Notes under the pieces: model-generated
What the model was told of the DNA's origin: nothing
The model's input: only the letters and a program-made list of their open reading frames with translations
Databases searched by the model: none
Assembly: GCA_013265495.1 (NCBI GenBank)
Contig: MU058065.1
Location: 2,581,003 to 2,645,002, forward strand
DNA: 64,000 bases
Source of the DNA: Vicugna vicugna
Taxonomy: Eukaryota
Reading direction: 5' to 3'
Position numbers and translations under genes: made by a program
In this document: positions 1-14,039 of the stretch, in pieces
Layout of the letters: the number at the start of each line of letters is the position of its first letter
Position numbering within the stretch: position 1 is the first letter of the stretch

Positions 1-2164
1 GTGGTTTTGGAAGGGAACACGAAAAGAGGGAATGATGCTACTGTTTTTTGAGGAACAGCATCATGCAGGCTTTTTTTCCCAAGAGTGATAGGAAGGCCAT
101 GGATGTGAAAGTGCGAAAATCCAAGAGGCACATATTCATTCTGAAATTGATTCTGAAGTGACATCCTGCCTCTGTGGGAATCATATCACCAAAGAGGTGA
201 TTCATGAAATCTTTAATAGGCCACTGGGCATCAGGAAGTGCAGCATCTTCTGCTATAAAGTTCACAGAATCGATTAATCCAGTCACAGACCCTGTAGGTT
301 AAATATGTTCTCTGTTCTCAGTCTTCTCGACCTCATTCTGATAAGCAACTTCCTGAGATCCCTGGGGACAAATAATTCTTCCAGAGATCAGAAGGGGGAG
401 AAGAACACGAGGCTATTCAACGTGAAGAGAAATTTATGGTAAAAAGGAAATAAAGAAGGATGAATTCTTCCATTCTTTTTCCACCTGTCACACACATTTT
501 ACCTCCACAAGACTGACAGCTGCCTCTACAACACTGACTGTGATTTTATGTGTCTTTGAATGTATTAAGTCCTTTAATACTTTATATGCAATGGAGTATT
601 AGCTGGAGTGTCTTGGTGTTGAGGACTTATTACCGATGTAACCAAAGTGCTAGTCTTCAAATAGAAGATAGAGAGCCTAGATTGGAAGCCACACGTGATT
701 CTCCTCCCTGTGGCTTTCATGGCACTTTCTGCCTAGTTCTGCTCCTAGCCGTGGGAGCCTTGGTCTTTGGTCTTCCCTAATGGATCAAGAGCTTGGAACG
801 GACTACAGAGGGAACACAAAATAGAAGACATTATATACCAGCTTATCCAGAGAAGTACAGGTTTGAGTCTATTGTCTTGTGTCTTATCTGTTTAACATTC
901 TCTTAAATTTTTCATTTTTAATGATGTGCTATAATTAGAACTTACATTTAGATAAGTTGGGATGGGTTTTGTAGACCCTCCACCGTGCACTTCTAACTTC
1001 CACCATGGTTACACAGTTTTGAGATTCCTGGGCAGAGAACAGAGTTCTTTTAACACATGATTGCATCTGAAAGGCAAGTGGCAGTAACTCATTTCTCTTT
1101 CTCCAACCCTTTCTAGATGCAAGGTAACAATTTCCTTTCAAAGACATTTATGGAGGATGCTTGCTGATGAAGCAAAGTATGTTCAGATACAAGAGGTTAG
1201 GGGAAGCTAACTCTTCCCAGGCTCAGATGGTGGTGGGAGAAGTATTTGAAGCTATTGTCCTTGCTAGCTTTGGTTGTGCTACCCAGTGATGCCATGATCT
1301 TAGCTGTGATCTGTGAGATTCAGGTTGTTGCCAGACTTCCATTTGCTGGGAGCTCAGGTCAAAGGAAAACTCCCAAAACTATAGATTATGTGACCATGAA
1401 ATATGTGTAGGAGAATAACATATTCTTCCATAGAGCACTTGGAAAGTTATTGGAATATTTGCACTATGGTGACTTTATAATTTATTGTATGTTGCAAGTC
1501 AACAGCTGCTTATTTATTTTCTCTGATAGTTAAAAAAAATAATAAGCCTTAAAAACAGAAATGGTCTAATATGATGAATGCATGCTTAATAAATTAAATG
1601 CTAAATTTCTCTTTCTCAGGAAAGTTGATGATGAATTTTTAACTGCTCAAAATTTTGTCCCTATTTGTCATCCACCATGGGAGGTCTCATAATAAAACTG
1701 ACTGTAAAAGAGCCAGGAGGCACAGATCTTTTGAGGTAACATTAGTAACTATTTTAAAAGTCAGTAATTATTTTGTGGACACTTTGCCCAAAACCATTGG
1801 TTTGATATGTGTAGCTGAAGAAGATTAAGGTCTATATCATGACTTTTCATTTAGATCAAGTTACTGCATTTCTAAATTAATTTAACTCATTTTAACTTCC
1901 AGGTAATAGCTGTTAATGTGTTTGCTTCATTAACAGAAGGACTCTGCAGACAAATTCCACCAGTTTAATGTTAGTGTTATTAGGTGTTTTGATAGGAAAC
2001 AGTTAATTTAATCCCAATATTTTTGTAATTTCTGATGTGTTTTTTCCCCCCTTGATGCTCATAAGTATTTAAGCCTTAAAAAAAACACTTCCTTTATTTT
2101 ATTTTTGTGAATTTTCAGGAGAGAACAGAGTTTAAGAAAGTTTCCAAGGCAAGAAGGTCTATGT

Positions 2165-2345
2165 TTGGGAGTGTCACAGTGTCACATCTGGCTCCTTCTC
2201 TTGGTCAAAGCAAGGTGTGAAGCCAGCCCAGATGCAAGGGGTGGAGATAGAGGCTCTGTATCCTGATGGAAGGGGCTGCAAAGTCACATTGCAGAGGGAC
2301 CTCAATGTAGAGAAGGCAATTTTTGTGGCCAGTTTATCAAACTGA
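2165..2345 (-). mobile_element. MLT1 (J/K-like) LTR fragment
   Basis: gccagcccagatgcaaggggtggagatag...gatggaaggggctgcaaagtcacattgcagaggg. Confidence 0.7.
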
Positions 2346-2389
2346 CACAACCTTCTCTTGAAAGTTATATCCACAAACATTATAGATTC

Positions 2390-3090
2390 CATGTCCTAAA
2401 TGTGTCTTTAATGATTATTCTCTCACTCCCATGGCATGGTCATGGATTAGGGACGCCTCATCCTCTCTCACTTTCATAGATTCTTTGCTGTTTTCTTTGC
2501 ATCCAATTTAACCCCACTCCACACCACCATCTCTAATCTAAACTACACCTTATTTGAATATATCACTCCATTGCTTAAAAAATTTTAGTAGTTCTTTGCA
2601 AATGATGAGACAGAGTCCAGAATTATCTTGGCATTGTAAAGTGCCTCATGGTCTTGTAACTTTCTCTGCTTCCAGACTTCTCTTCTGCCATGCTCCAAAA
2701 TGCATCTTTACGGTACTGCTGATTGTCCTACTAACTCTCCAAATATGCTATGATTCTTATTGTGTTGGGACTTTACAGATACTATTCCCTTGCCTGCAAA
2801 AAAAATCCCTCACTATCCCCAACTCCTCGACCCAATAACTTTCCTGTTTAACAAACACTTATCTTCAGGGTCTAACTTATGTGTTTTCTCCTGGAAGCCT
2901 TCCTCATACCTATTCTATGTGATCGATCTTCCTCTGAATAATACTGTGACAGCTGTTATGCTGCATCACAATTAATGATTTACTTCTCTGACTTGCCTAT
3001 GAGATCATGGAGAGCAGGAACTATGTCTTGGATTTCTGATTGTCTAGTTATTAATACTGTTGCCTAGCGTGAAGTATATTTTTGTTGTGT
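2390..3090 (+). mobile_element. L2 3' remnant
   Basis: tcactccattgcttaaaa, ctcctggaagccttcct, gagatcatggagagcaggaactatgtctt. Confidence 0.7.
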
Positions 3091-3899
3091 TTCTTTTACA
3101 GAGAAATGAAATTAGAATAAATGTAATTACACAAAAGGTAGACAATTCATACTAACTCTGCTTTGAAGTTTACCTATTCTCTTCCTTGTAACTAATTATT
3201 GCTCCTAGAAATCCATTTAAAATTTATCAAATGAGGTGTAATGCAATTTTTCAACAAAGGAGATTATTACTTGTGCTTGTAAGTAGAGCAGTAGTTCAAC
3301 TATTAGTTCAAGTTTTATTCTACAACATTTAAAAGTTAGGTCCATTCTTTGATTTATGCACTGAAGGTTTTCTTCTATGGAATAAAATGTGGGCTCGCTA
3401 AAGATTTGTATTTTGATAGTAATTGGAGGGAGGTGGTAATTCTTTTATATCCAGTATATAAAAAGTGTTAGAGACATTTTTAAATTTTAATATTAAATCA
3501 TATAATTTTTCAAAAAATTTAAAAAATCACTTAGACTTAATTGATATCACTTTTTTATATGTGAATCTTAACTCTTCTATAAAGAAAATGTTATAAATAT
3601 ACACCAAAGCCTCCTCCATTCTATTCCTTTTATTGTCCTCTAGACATAATTATATATTTATTTGTTTATTCAAAAATAATTATTGGGTACCTACTATTTG
3701 TCAGGCATTCTTCTAGGTATGGAAAGTAGCTGTAAATAAGTCCCTGTCCTCATGAAATATGCTGTTAGCCCCATTCACCAAGTTGATGTATGCCATACCA
3801 ATGTGTGTTTATGTATTTATCATATACATACATATATAGGCAAATGGTATATGTTATATCTTATATACACTAAAAGTTATGTAGCTTAAGGATATATGA

Positions 3900-4920
3900 A
3901 GTGACTATTAACTATATTAAATGACACATTATATAGATGATCTACTACCAGATCAACTTTTTCCCCTTGTAATTATGTTCTGTGATTTTCTTTCTTCTTT
4001 CTACTCCGTTCATTCATTTTATAGTGTTTCATAACATACTTAGACCAGAGGTGATGTCTCCATTCCCCTCCTGGTGGATAATAAGTTGTTTTCACTGCTT
4101 TGGTACCACAAGTAGTAAATGCACATCTTTGAATATGTCTCATTGTGTATATGAGCGAGTTTCTTTTGGACAGCAACACAGATATGGTATTACTGGATCA
4201 AAGGCATGTACAACTTCAAGTTCTAGAACTTGCTCTACAAAATGGTTGGAACAACTCACTTTTCAGCAATGTATGATTCCCACCCCCTTACATCACTACC
4301 GATATACTAATGATTTTTTTCCCCGATGTCATGGGTGACCTGGAAATATTTTTATTGTTTACTGGTCACTAATTTTCTCTTATGAGTGATTCCTGTTTAT
4401 ATTTTTGTTTAATTTCCTATAAAACTATTTGTCTTATTCATATGTATTTGTAAGATCTGTTTTAATTTGTTTTAAAGATAAATTATGGATGTTTATCTTT
4501 GGTGGCTATAATCTTTTAAAACACCTTCTTTTAAGCTGTGTCTTATATTTTAACTTTCCTTATGATGTCTTATGTTGTGCATAGGTTTTTAATTTTTAAG
4601 GTAGTTTAATTTTAGTTTTTTTCTTCTTAATGGTTTGTATATTTTGCCTCTTGCTTGTTTCATCCTTTTGTCATCCTGGTTATGAAAATTCCCTAAATTT
4701 TCCCCTAAATTTTCTATGCTTTTTCCTAAAAGTGTAAAATTTTTGTTAGTTATATTTAGGTTTTTAGTTCATCTGGATTTTTTTAAATGATACGTTAGGT
4801 AAGGCTCTAACATTATCCTTTACATGTAGAGATATACTTATCCCAAAGTGTTTCCTTGACAAATCTATATTTTCTCCTATGCTTTGCAATGCCACATTGA
4901 ATTTTCTTAGGTGTCCTTTT
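3900..4920 (-). mobile_element. Ancient L1M ORF2/3' remnant
   Basis: Antisense L1 motifs: tactggatcaaaggcatgtacaacttc, cactttcagcaatgtatga, ttttagttcatctggattt. Confidence 0.65.
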
Positions 4921-4982
4921 CCCTACAGTGATCCCAGGTCTTGATGGTTCGAATCTGAGTCATTACATTTGTGTTTAAAGTA

Positions 4983-5292
4983 TAATCATCCCTTGGTATC
5001 CATGGGGAATTGGTTCCAGACTATGCTAAAGATATCAAAATCCACAGATACTCAAGTCCCTTACACAAAATGGCATGTGTGGTATTTACGTATAACCTGT
5101 GTACACATTCCCATAGACTTTAAATCATCTCTAGATCACTTATAATGCCTAGCACAAAGTAAATGTTATGTAAATAGTTGCTGGTACATAGAAAATTCAA
5201 GTTTTGCTTTTTGGAACTTCCCGAAAAATTTTTTTGATGCGTGGTTGACTGAATCTATGAATGCAGAACAAAGGAACAGAGAGAGTAGACTG
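4983..5292 (+). mobile_element. MER2B-like non-autonomous TcMar-Tigger DNA transposon
   Basis: catcccttggtatccatggggaattggttccag...tttaaatcatctctagatcacttataat...aaattcaagttttgctttttggaactt...gactg, flanked by TA dinucleotides. Confidence 0.85.
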
Positions 5293-5864
5293 TATTACAG
5301 AATTGCTTCTACTCTGAATGTAATTTGGGTCTTCTTTGCTCCTTAGAAATTTGAGTAAACTTGGCCAACATCCTCTCTATCTTAAGGTGGGGCGAATTTT
5401 GCATCTTCTTGATTTCTTCTCTTTTGTTCATACAGGCCATTCAGTTCCTTCTCTTATCAGTTGATGCAAAATTCTATTCTCAAGTGTACCTTGTTCTTTG
5501 TTGGTGTTTTTACTGGTGGCTTGAGTTGTTGAGTAGAGAGATCATTCTGTGCCACAGCACTCTGTCTATGGGGTGGGCCCATTCATTCTCTGATAATGCA
5601 TTCGTACTCCACTCCCTTTCAAAGCTTATGATCTAGACTTGCGGCACACAACTCTGGGACATGTAGGTAAGTCCCCTGCTCTACCTACTTTCCTCTCAGA
5701 TGTGTCCCTAAGAATTCTGGTGAACAACGTTAAAAAAAAATCTTATTACATATATAAAACAATAGTCAAACTATTTTTTAAGTTGCTAATTTGCTTCTCT
5801 AAAAATTGCTTTTCAACTCAAAGCAAGTTTTTTGGATACAACTGTTTGAATAGAATTGTTACTG

Positions 5865-6462
5865 TTCAATGGTTATGCTGGTTTTAAATTGCTACATAAA
5901 AAATCACCATAAACTAGTAGATTTAAACAACATATGTTTCTTATGTTACACTTTCTATGGATCAGAAGTCCTGGCATTGTGTAGTTGGCTTCTCTATTCA
6001 GGGTCTCATAGGCTGAAATCAAAGGTTAGCAGGGCTAACAACTCATTTGGATTTTGGGGTCCTCTTCTGAGCTCATTCAGATTGTTTTCAGGATTAAACT
6101 CTTTACTGTTGTAGGACTGAAGTTCCCATTTTCTTGCTGGTTGTTGACGAGGGGTTGTTCTCAGCTCCTAAAGGTTCTAGATACGTGAGTCCTCCACAGG
6201 TATTCACAACACACCTATTTGTTTTCTTCCAAGCCTATAGTAGCACGTCTTGGAGTTTCATCTTCTTTTAGGGAGCATACTTGATTAGACACAGCAGGGT
6301 AACCCCTTTTGATTAACTTAGTCAATTTACTAGTAACTTAACCTCAGGGGTGACAGTCTACATGATTCGCTATATTATTCACACTCAAGGAGAGGGATTA
6401 AACAAAGTGGGAACTCCAAAGGCTGGGAACCTCAAGGGCCATGCTGAAACTCTGTCTACTAA
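5865..6462 (-). mobile_element. MLT1 (E/F-like) MaLR solo LTR
   Basis: ggctgaaatcaaaggttagcagggct, tgtaggactgaagttcccattttcttgctgg, terminal gggccatgctgaaactctgtctacta. Confidence 0.75.
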
Positions 6463-7504
6463 AATTAACTCGCATTCTAAGTCCATTTCCCTTACATTTT
6501 GAATACTTGAGAAAAGTTTAATTGGGAAAGGAAACAGAAGAGCCAGCATATGTAGAAATAACATGTCACTTTCATTACTGATAAATTTCATGGTAAGAAT
6601 GTAGCTTAGTGACAGAACTAAACGGGCTTGTGTTCTTCTTTGCTTACCCAGTTTAGACTTTGGGACTACTTGCCCAAAGGCAAGTTTTAATTTGTAAGGA
6701 AATCATTGCCTCACGCTGATCTAGGATCGAGGAAGAAGGAGAAAGAGACCCAAATCCGCATGCTAAAGGATTCTGACAGGTTAACTCCATCCAAGACCTA
6801 CAGGTATTACTCGTCATCAAGTAACAGGATCCACTGCCAGAGAGAGAGAGAGAGTTTTGGGACAGAGGCTTAAAGGAGTTGAGAAAAATTCCTCCTCAGG
6901 GAAACCAGAGTACGAGGAAGAGAGGTTCCTCTCTAATATTTATTTTTGCTTTATGTATGCTTATAAGAGTCAAATTTTCCTAAACTAAATAATTTTAAAA
7001 TAATAGTAATGACTTTTCCCTTCCCACCAGAACACTAAAAGCACTTGCTGCTTATTGCTGATTAAGTTAGACAAAGAAAGCTGTCTGGGAAATGTTTACT
7101 TCAAAGGACATACCAATCTCACATGAGAATGAGCAGTGTAAAGATTGTATGGCATCAATCCAGGATGCACTGAAGAATGGCCAGGATTTCTTAGGATGTG
7201 CAGGAGGTGCTTTTAGGGTTCACAGTTGAGCCCTGAGGAGCCAGTTAGCTCACTTCATGCAGCTCAAGGTAGAGGAATCTATTCTTTCATTCTCATTGCT
7301 TTCCCATCTCTGAGCAAGAGGAACGATCTATTTTCTCTTCACAGAAATTTCGTTCTCTAGTGCAAAATGATTTTAACTTATCACCAAACTGAAATAAAAT
7401 GACATTGGCAAAAATAGTGAGTATCTGGCTGTACTCCAGACTGTCAACCAGAGGAAAATTAGATTTCTCTGGACTTAGATAGTGGAAAGAGGGAAAATAC
7501 TTAT

Positions 7505-7660
7505 GCAACTCTGGCCCACTCACTTCATTTCCTTTCTAATTCTCAGTTTCTTTATCAGTGAAATAGAAAAAAAATACCCTGGCTATTCCACAGGTTTATT
7601 GTTGGGGCAGAATTAATAAATATGAAAGGGCTTCTGTATAAAACGTTATATAATTTTAAT
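7505..7660 (+). mobile_element. MIR SINE remnant
   Basis: tctcagtttctttatcagtgaaatag core motif. Confidence 0.5.
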
Positions 7661-9139
7661 TTATTATCAGTTATTTACATGGTGAGAATCCAAATTTCTA
7701 AAATCTTTCTTAAAACATTGATGCTTGAAGGGTATATTGATTCTATAAAACATTGATTTAGATTGTTTTTGACTTTCATCTGACATGGTATGAAAACTTC
7801 TCTTGAGCTTTACAAGAGATTGAGCAGGGTTTTTTTTAGTGCTTAAGCTAAACAGTTATTGGAACTTTTACATTTCTTTACAATTTTCTTCCTTCAGTCT
7901 TAGTAGTGCATGACATAGGACCTTTCTGCCACTTTCTCCTAAATTCAACATGTTTTTGATTTTCAATTTAAGTCTGTGGCTTGAAATAATGGAGAAATAA
8001 AGATATCTTGGACTTGAAGACTCCCAGAAAACTCAGGCCTTCTGGGTAAGAAAGGAAACCCATTTGCACATCTCCTATTGATATTGATGTCAATATTCAC
8101 CTTTGTAGTTTAGTGCTAAGTGTTTTCCATTCCATTATCCATCTCTCAAACTTTGAAAATTTGATTCAAATCCCTTAAGGATGGGTTTGTTTGGATAAAT
8201 GCCTTCCCTTTGGCATCATTTGAATTCTTGCGTCATGACTCAGGAGACTTCCAGAATGTCAACAGCGTTCAATAATCTTTGATTAAACCAATTTTTCCTG
8301 AAAATCAAGGGCAGGCCAGCATTGTTCGCAAAACAAATACTTTGGGATGTTTACAGAAGAGACTTGAGAAGAGAGAATAAAATGGTATTCAGGGCTTCAT
8401 AGTTCCCTCCATCTTTTGAAATTATAAAGGAAATAAGGAGGCATGCAATTTATCAGGCTAGGCAGGACCACAGATGGAAATACCGCCTAACCACGGAAGT
8501 AGCCAGGACGAAAAAACTAAAACTAATTGAAAACTGCTATTAAGGCATTACGTATTTACTATAAAACACACAAGAAAGCATAAAAGATAAATTAAAAAAA
8601 GCTACATTAAATTGGTTGTTAAGTTGAGCAAGTCAGGTAAACCAAAGCCTTGAGTACCTGGTTAATAATTTTCAAGCTAAACTTGCAAGTTTGTTTCAAT
8701 TTGTTCAGCTTTCTTGATCTATGAGTGGGAACTTCAGGGGTGCATGCTAATTTTATTAGCCAAGTGTTTCCTGAGCAAGATTTATTTTATGCTTTCTTAT
8801 TCATTCAGCCAGCATTTATTAAGTATATGTGGTGTATATAGTACCACATTAAAAGCTTTATGATGATTTCCATGTAAAAACAGACAGGGGCTTTTAACAG
8901 CAGCTTTTATGGAAGGTACAACATTACTTTATTAACACCAAATCTTGCAACAGTATAAGAAATTAATTTTTACCTAGACAGTCTTCAGATGGTACCCACA
9001 ACATGTCAGAATGAACAATCTACCTCCTAAAGCAGAATATCTAGATGAGAGATGCAATATTTAATAAAATTATTCAAGCATGAGAATTTCTGTTAGAACA
9101 GATCATTTAGAACCACCTACCAAGACCAGGCCATCCATT

Positions 9140-9720
9140 CAATCATTCATTTATTGATTAACTCAGCAAATATAAATGGCGACAGAGTACATGGCGAGAA
9201 TTGTTGGTTTTGAGATACAACTATGACCTAGGCACAGCCCCAGCCTTCTGGTAGTCCAGGTAAATGAGCATTTGTAAGTCTTTTATAATGCAGTCTGGCA
9301 AGTTGTACAACCGTGGTGGGTATGGGGTAGCACAGAGGTGCCCCAGAGGGATGTGAGCTAAAGTCTTGGGTCTCAGGGTAAGCCTCCTGAAGATTATCTA
9401 TGTAATAATAAGGAATATCTAAGTCAGGTCAATAGCGCTGTTACCTAGGCAGTGAGGAGGAAGGGAAAAGTGTCACTCTAAGAGGGAATAGCATGTACAA
9501 ACTCCCAACTTAAGCGAGTATGACATATACTCAGACTCTGCAAGAAATTCAGTATGCTTGTACATAGTATTGGCAAGGGAAGCACTAACAGTGGTGAGAA
9601 ATAAAAGCGAAGGGTTGGCAGGGTAGGATGAAGGCGTCCTTTTGAGCAGGCTAAGCTATCTGCTTTTATCCTGAGGGCAACAGGGAGCAACACTCTTGAA
9701 CATTGGTGCTGATTGCCTCT
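9140..9720 (-). mobile_element. L2 remnant
   Basis: cattcaatcattcatttattga tail; agagggaatagcatgtacaaa; ttttatcctgagggcaacagggagc. Confidence 0.7.
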
Positions 9721-11337
9721 TCTGTACCCAGCACTGTCTAGGCACTGCTAGACATTCTGATAAAGTGAAAGATCTGTTCTGTGGCCCCTGAAGAACCCTT
9801 GACTTAGCTGGTGTGGTAAGAGGAACAAAAAAAAAATAATTAGTGAACAATATCCAGTATTAACCAAATGTGGTCCTGACCACCAAGAGTTGCATTGTGA
9901 GGAGAGGTCAGTGTGGCTGACTGACATGGTGGGACACCTGTATTTAGAGAATTAATTTCCATGTGAGTGCATACTGTTTACTGTTCTTCAAGTCAGAGAA
10001 CTTAGCATCATTCAAATTTTTTGGTCGGTATAACATATCATACAAGATCTGGCCCTTCGACTTGCAATGGTTGCTCATCCAAACAGCCTTCTCTAACTAG
10101 CCTAACCAGCTTGAAGTGTTAAAAACATGTTTAGTGGTTTTTTTTTAAGTTCTCATTTCTTTTTCATAGAGGGGTATACAGATCACACAGTTAAAAATAT
10201 TGAATTTGAGTTAAATTCTTACCCTGAGAGTCAGGGTGAAGGACACAAGGCTTAGGAGACCTCATGTTATGAAAGCAGCTGTTAAAATCCTCATTATGGC
10301 CCGTTGTTTTGTGTTTCCCCTGATGCACCACATTTCTATACTATTTTTAAGCCTTTGACTCAACAGAGGCTATTTTCTGATCAAATTAGTCCTCATTCTC
10401 ACTGCATGATTACCTAATAAAATAGAATACAAGGAACATAATTAATCAAAGCCGGAGCGGGCACTAGAACTGCCCCTCACTGTGTCTGCAGCGCAGAGGC
10501 GGCCTTCCAGTAAGAGGCCATCTCTTGCGGAGGGTGTGTGCTCTTTCACCCTCAGATCATTCTTTGCTCTTCCATAAAAACTGCCAAATGGCCTTCTTTG
10601 CAGTAACCCTGAAAAAATACGTTCCATCTGAGGACAACCCCATAAGCCCTGATTGCACTGCCTAGTTGAATCTGTCATTTTTGAGGAGGACCTGAGGCAT
10701 AAGTCTCATTTAAAAGATTCTTTATGGCTTGCATTTTGCCTTCATTGGTTACTTTGGCTTTCTATAATCAGTCTGAGTATTAACACATGGTTTAATTCAT
10801 GTTCTTTCCTTCATGTATAGCTGCTTGATATTTCCCTAAGAAATGTCAGTATCTAGTCCCGCTTGATCCATGACAAGTTTCCTTTCCCTTGTGTTAGCCA
10901 ATGATCTGAAATGACTGGAATCTAATCACTCTAGTGATATGCTGGGTTCTTAAAGAGAATTTTCTAGAAAAGGGTATTATGGCCAGGCTGCTTAATAATT
11001 CATCTACTCAATATTACAAGTCAAATAATTATATGTTGGCAAAAAATTCAGCTTGTATAAATTATTCAATATTCCTAATTCTAAGTGAGGGATGAGTGTG
11101 CATGTATGAGAGGTGTAGAGTTCTTGCATTCAGTCGCTTCCTTCCCAGTTCTCGGTGGTGACTTGTGTTCACAAAGAACTGAATGCCCCATGGGAACCTT
11201 TATAAATGGCCAAGCAAGTCTTTTTTATTCACTAAAGTGCAGAGTCTCTGGTTGTATGCTCTTTCCTGGATTCCACCTGAAATTGAAGAGAGACACATGG
11301 GGCAGGGACAGACTAATTTACTCACCATTTTATGGGC

Positions 11338-11406
11338 AGAGGAGAGAAGAGAGGAGAGGAGAGGAGAAGGAGGGAGGAAGGGTCCTAGAGAGAGAGAGAG
11401 AAGAGG
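11338..11406. repeat. GA-rich polypurine low-complexity tract
   Basis: agaggagagaagaggagagagg...gagagagagag. Confidence 0.85.
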
Positions 11407-12499
11407 TTGAGAATGGTGAGAATGGTAGTCCTTCTGTAGGAGGCAGATGGAAAAGCACAAAACCCACCCTTTTATCCTGGATTCTCTCTAAATAATCAGA
11501 TGAGTCACTTCTCTTCCCACACGTGGGAAGCTGTGAGTGATCAATAAACATAGATGATGGAAATGTCCACTCCAACTTGCCACAGGCAGAACTAAGAGAG
11601 GAAGCTCGATCGCCTTTAAAACGAGAGTCTAGCCCTTCATGGCCCATGTTAAGAGAATAAAGGAAACAATTCCACTCCTCTGAGCCCTGCGGAATTTCCT
11701 TCTTCCTGTGGGCATGACAAAGCAAGAACAGCATCCAACCTCCTCTCACTTCAGTGGGTGATTTATCACGCTTACCCAAAGGATGCACATTTCAGATACC
11801 ATTTGTGTTACCATGGTGACATAGTCAAACTTGATTTTGAATTTCATTTAAATAGAACACAATTCTTTACTCTCTAATGGGGGAATCTTTCATGCAGCAT
11901 CAGTATATTGCCGAGGAAGATTGTGGAATGTGATGATCCTGGAATTCTCCAATTTTATGTGTCTCCTCTGGCCCTAACTTGAGAAGGGTGTGCAGATGAA
12001 AATTCCAGAATGGAAGAAGTAACAATAATTAACAGGAAGCATTACCTCGATGACCAAAGTCTATGGCAGCATGGGGTGGAGAGAAAGACGCTGTTTGCTA
12101 GTAGTGGTCTAACTAAATAAAAGGTTTGGGTACAACCACAGGCAGAGAAAGGGGCGACCTATAAACATTATCTTAGGACTTTTACAAAGGCCTCTCTGTT
12201 CCTCCAACACCACCTCCTTCTCTTCCCTGATATTCTACTAGCAACAGAAAGAGCAACAAAGACTCATATAGTGCTTACTGTATGTCAAGCTATTCGTAAG
12301 TGGCAAAGCTAGGTTTCACAAGAGATTCGAGGGGTTTGACATTTTGAATAATTCTGCAGACCCCAAAAAGTGGGCTGTCTTTGGGAGTCAGGTGTCTGGG
12401 GACCTCTGGCAGTGGGTACACCTGAGTACTGCAGCATAAGGGTGTGGGAGTCTAATGAGAGAAGCAGTTGGTAAACTGCCCAGAGAGAGGAGTTGAGAG

Positions 12500-12850
12500 C
12501 TTTCAACCATGAATTCAAAACTGGGTCAAGACAGCACTGGTGAGATGTTATGTCACATCTGGGAAAGCTGGGAAGAGCAGAGGTGCCTTCCAAGCCTTGT
12601 CTTGGAAGGTGAGCAGGAGCCTGCTAGACAAAGAGTGTGTGCAAGGGCACGCCAGGTGGGACAACAGCGTGCAAAGGTGCAGAGGAACAGGAGGAATGGC
12701 ATGTTATAGGAATAACAAACAGCTCACAGGGACTGCCTACTAGAGAGTGTGTAGGAAAAGGATGGGAAACTGAGACTATAAGTATAGGCAGGAGCCGTAT
12801 CATGAAATTCCCTGTGGTCAGGAGCTTACATTTTATACTCAGCGAGAACC
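12500..12850 (-). mobile_element. L2 remnant
   Basis: gtcttggaaggtgagcaggag; gggacaacagcgtgcaaaggtgcagagg; ggagcttacattttat. Confidence 0.6.
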
Positions 12851-13569
12851 TCACTTCTCAAATTGAAGCAAGAGATTTCTGGGTGTGCAACAGTGCGGTG
12901 AAAACTCAAAACCAAAAGGAAAATCTGACGTACCTTCCAGGGTATAAATTTTGGATGAAGATTTCGGAAAAGAAAGCTTTAAAAAATATTAACACAAACA
13001 GCAATAAATGGAAAAAATCCTATAACAGAACAAAATGCGTTCAAGAAATTTCACAGTTTCTTGAATTTTCTTCTTGTGTGAAGAGATCCCTTTTTCAGAG
13101 CACATGTTTCCTTCTCTGCCGTTAGGACTCTCTTAAGCCTTCGTATTCCCACTGGACTGGCATCCACTTGGAAAGTCATCAGTTCGTGGTCCTGGGGTTG
13201 TTTCTTCCCTTGATAAATGAGTGATTTGCAGAACCTCAATGGAAGGTGCTGCTGCTTGGAACTTTGAAATCCCTGGTGTACATCTCATTAATGTTTCCTT
13301 GTTTTCTGGGAGCCTTGGCCGTGCGTCACTGACATTTTATCTCATGCCACTTCAATTAATAGAACAACTGACCTTCTTCCTTTGTCACCTGGGGGTCAAC
13401 TTTAAATCAAACAGCCTACATGGGCAGTCTAGTGTGACAGGATCCTCGGGGACGAGGTTCTCTGGTGTCTGTTGTGTAAACACTCAGCAAGCAAATAACA
13501 ACGGGGGAATAATTAACTTGGTTGCTGCCAGAGTTCACTGCTGTTTAAAAGCTTTGCACGAGGGCCTGT

Positions 13570-13810
13570 GTAGGAGGCAACATGATGAAATGGAAAGAAG
13601 CTGGAGCAGGTAGGTCAGATTTTGAATCCTGCACCCCGCCCCCCTTAACTGACGTATGTCCTCAGGGAAGTTAATTATGCAAACCATGCAAACTTTGCTT
13701 TCTTCAACTGTGAAATAGAGATATCATGGATCTTTCGTAGGACTGAAATAAAGAATAAGTAATAAAATACATAAGAAGGCACTTGGATCATATTAGATTT
13801 TTATTAATTG
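13570..13810 (+). mobile_element. MIR SINE remnant
   Basis: tttgaatcctgc...cagggaagttaatt...tttcttcaactgtgaaatagagat core. Confidence 0.6.
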
Positions 13811-14039
13811 ATTTCTTCTTCCAGGCTACTCTCACAGGAAACTGAATTTCTTGAGATATGCTATTCATCTTTCTAGGCCATTGCATGCTCATCTGTAAAA
13901 TTTTAAGGTGGAACTAGAAAAATCTGTAAGATCTCTTTTGGCTTTAATATCATTTTATCAAAGTTACAGTTCTTGAAAAAATCAAATATAAATGAGTATC
14001 TAGAATTAAAGTCATAATTGAAATGTAAGGCTACACAAG

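Noticed and set aside
38..286. 82-aa minus-strand ORF at the window start
   Set aside because: Non-ATG start, no recognisable homology, weak splice context.
11085..11788. Cluster of overlapping 75-152 aa ORFs
   Set aside because: Explained by the stop-poor GA-rich tract.
12637..13613. 162-aa and 130-aa + strand ORFs
   Set aside because: Non-ATG starts, partly inside L2/MIR remnants, no protein-like motifs.
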